Source: a virus (lineage: Duplodnaviria; Heunggongvirae; Uroviricota; Caudoviricetes). Taken from it: a stretch of DNA of 19,512 bases. The first letter of the stretch is position 1; the number at the start of each line of letters is the position of its first letter. Under the pieces are notes generated by a model. The model saw only the letters and a list, made by a program, of their open reading frames with translations. It did no database searches and had not been told where the DNA came from. Of the stretch, positions 17,677 through 19,512 are shown one piece after another. The position numbers and the translations under genes are program-made. The stretch is taken from the IMG/VR virus record IMGVR_UViG_2617270991_000004, one strand, 5' to 3'.

Positions 17677-18669
17677 TTATATCCGCCCTTTGAGATAATT
17701 CAGCCCCGGCTGGAGCCAGCCATCAGGCTCTTTCTTAAAGGGCGGAGTATTGAAATCACGAAGAAGGACCTCCCGCACCGCAGTATCCCTGTCTGCACCA
17801 CTGGCAAGCGCTTCAATCTCAGCAGCTACCTGCAGATATCCCATGCAACGGCCAACGCGCTTCATCAGCCCCTGCTTTTTATTGTTCTTCAGGTAATCAA
17901 TGGCAAATTCAATGAGCTCCTCACTGTGCTGGTGCGATGGAGGTGTTACTTTCCCATTTTCTGAGATGGTTATTTTCCCACCATCACCGGATACAACAAA
18001 GGATGGCCGGTTACACTCCCATTCCAGCTCACTGAAATTATCATTATGAATACTGAAACACTCTGCGAGATTTCTGCTCATCACTTTCCGGCAATAATCG
18101 TAAAACGCCGCAAACTGCTGCTCATCGCGGCGTTTTTTTTCAGGCTGCTGAAAATGCTCTTTCAACAGTGAAGCGCAGTTCAGGCGCGCAGCTAATTCAA
18201 GAATAGTTTCTTTCATTTCATCTGCTGCAAGCACCTCATTTTTTGTTGGGGTGCTTTTTTTCAATTCAGTAACACAGCACTCCAGTTTTTCAATGCGTGA
18301 TTCAATATCATCTTTTTCTGACCGCAGTGTTGACGGCGGCATCTTCAGAGCATCAGTAATTCTTCCCGGTAGCTTTCCTTTGTAGGTTATCAACACATCC
18401 TGCGCCTCTAAAATTATGGGGCGCTTTTCTGGCAACGGTTCATCCCCTTCACATAACCCGGCAGCAATATCCATGAAAAACTGCTTCGCCTGCTTTTTCG
18501 CCTCAGCTTCGTAAAACTCCAGCGTGGCACCTTCAGTACGGTCAAGACTAATCGCCACATTTGGCAACAACAGTGGCGGATACCCACCAATTTCCAGTGC
18601 CACAGTAACAGCTATCTTATCCGGGTAATGATTTATCCCTTTTACAACCAGTTCATATTTTTTATTCAT
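17677..18669 (-). CDS. Hypothetical 330-aa protein inserted between holin and endolysin
   Basis: Long ORF whose ATG lies 3 nt after the holin stop (GAG TAG ACG ATG); the holin 3' end GGGGAGAG acts as SD. AT-rich relative to flanking phage genes. Predicted central coiled coil (DDIESRIEKLECCVTELKK...ILELAARL). No family recognised. Confidence 0.75.
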   Translation of the reverse strand: MNKKYELVVKGINHYPDKIAVTVALEIGGYPPLLLPNVAISLDRTEGATLEFYEAEAKKQAKQFFMDIAAGLCEGDEPLPEKRPIILEAQDVLITYKGKLPGRITDALKMPPSTLRSEKDDIESRIEKLECCVTELKKSTPTKNEVLAADEMKETILELAARLNCASLLKEHFQQPEKKRRDEQQFAAFYDYCRKVMSRNLAECFSIHNDNFSELEWECNRPSFVVSGDGGKITISENGKVTPPSHQHSEELIEFAIDYLKNNKKQGLMKRVGRCMGYLQVAAEIEALASGADRDTAVREVLLRDFNTPPFKKEPDGWLQPGLNYLKGRI

Positions 18670-18672
18670 CGT

Positions 18673-18888
18673 CTACTCTCCCCGAGCCGCCTTACGACGG
18701 TCCTCTCTGATTTTGAAATACAGGTTAGTCAGATATGTCAGCAGCCCAAACAGCAGACTCCCCAGCACGCCTATTGCCGCCCACTGAGACGGGGAAACCC
18801 TGTCCAGCAACTGCAGGAACCAGTAGCCCGTTCCCACCGCTGACGTGGTGTATGACACACCTGTTGTGATTTTTTCCATCTGGTACAT
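18673..18888 (-). CDS. S: Holin, phage 21 S-type pinholin with dual-start motif
   Basis: From ATG 18888 the product is [71 protein letters not shown] (71 aa), matching the recalled S21 C-terminus. M-Y-Q-M gives two starts 3 codons apart. The longer track ORF (to 18993) would run through a terminator hairpin. Confidence 0.9.
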   Translation of the reverse strand: MYQMEKITTGVSYTTSAVGTGYWFLQLLDRVSPSQWAAIGVLGSLLFGLLTYLTNLYFKIREDRRKAARGE

Positions 18889-18920
18889 ACCCCGTCTCCC
18901 GTTATCCGGAAGCTGACAAC

Positions 18921-18952
18921 AATAAAAAAGCCACCAGTTAAGTACTGATGGC
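18921..18952 (-). terminator. Intrinsic terminator upstream of the holin gene (candidate tR'-like late terminator)
   Basis: Minus-strand RNA has an 8-bp stem GCCAUCAG/CUGGUGGC (one G-U pair), 7-nt loop, then UUUUUUAUU. Lies between the partial upstream ORF and the holin start. Confidence 0.7.
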
Positions 18953-19037
18953 TCTGATAACTCATGCAGGCGTCTCAGACGACCCACTGACACTACCGGT
19001 GAGTTTAACGATACCTTCCATTTGACTGGCTCACTTT

Positions 19038-19512
19038 TTATGATGATGCCGGTGCATTTATCTCCAGCACCAGACTTTCTATCTCAACGCCATACGTTGC
19101 ATTTTTGGTAATATCCGTCAGCGTCAGTGCATTTAGTCCCACTGTCAGACTGTCTTTTATGACCTGGAATGCCGGGCCAGCCACTCCATTCAGTTTCGGA
19201 GTAACCGTGGCACTGCCGGCGGTGAACACCAGCTCCAGCGTCTGCCAGTCGTTACTGTAATTCCCGAACTCGCCCAACTTTGTGTTTCCTGCTTTCTTGT
19301 GATGCATCAGATTCAGTTTGCCGTCTGTGGTCTGGGTGAAGAACGACATCAGGAACGGGTTACCAGTCCCGGTCATCGCCACGACGTCAGGTAACGCTAC
19401 ATCGGTATACAGATAAATTCCCAGACCGAACTGGTTGTTGGTCAGTGCGCCTGACAGTCGAAACTTACAGCTCAGTCTGCCACCCCGTGTCAGCAGGGAG
19501 ACTGCGTCATCC
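19038..19512 (-). CDS. Hypothetical protein, partial (N-terminus beyond right window edge)
   Basis: Minus-strand frame is stop-free from the window edge to the stop at 19038 (at least 158 codons). C-terminal product ...[63 protein letters not shown] has alternating beta-like pattern. Not recognisably Q antiterminator. Confidence 0.5.
   Translation of the reverse strand, partial: DDAVSLLTRGGRLSCKFRLSGALTNNQFGLGIYLYTDVALPDVVAMTGTGNPFLMSFFTQTTDGKLNLMHHKKAGNTKLGEFGNYSNDWQTLELVFTAGSATVTPKLNGVAGPAFQVIKDSLTVGLNALTLTDITKNATYGVEIESLVLEINAPASS

Noticed and set aside
18673-18993. 106-aa version of the holin ORF
   Set aside because: The N-terminal extension runs through the intrinsic terminator at 18921-18952. 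The S21-like holin begins at the M-Y-Q-M dual start (18888).
1-19512. Searched for CRISPR arrays, tRNA genes, IS elements, integrase and att sites
   Set aside because: No regularly spaced direct repeats, tRNA-like sequence, transposase or integrase ORFs, or terminal inverted repeats were seen. The prophage ends lie outside this window.

Overview
This window is the late region of a lambda-like (lambdoid) enterobacterial prophage, almost all of it transcribed right-to-left (minus strand). From the right: a partial unknown ORF, a tR'-like terminator, a phage-21/Qin-type lysis cassette (S21-like pinholin, SAR endolysin, Rz with embedded Rz1), an AT-rich gap, a small plus-strand YlcI-like gene, a complete lambda-type cos site (cosN with the lambda 12-nt cohesive end, cosB with three R elements and an IHF site), then the lambda-type packaging, head and tail genes Nu1-A-W-B-C/Nu3-D-E-FI-FII-Z-U-V-G/T-H-M-L-K (K runs off the left edge). 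Gene calls rest on my recall of lambda and phage 21 protein sequences, on start/stop overlaps and on RBS inspection; no searches were run. The best candidate for an undescribed system is an AT-rich two-gene insertion inside the lysis cassette between holin and endolysin: a 330-aa protein translationally coupled to the holin, and a convergent 104-aa protein with its own upstream palindrome. I could not assign either to a known family. Secondary candidates are a 31-aa membrane-peptide ORF abutting Rz, a 47-aa hydrophobic ORF in the gap where lambda carries bor, and the partial ORF upstream of the holin. No integrase, att site, tRNA, CRISPR array or IS element was seen.
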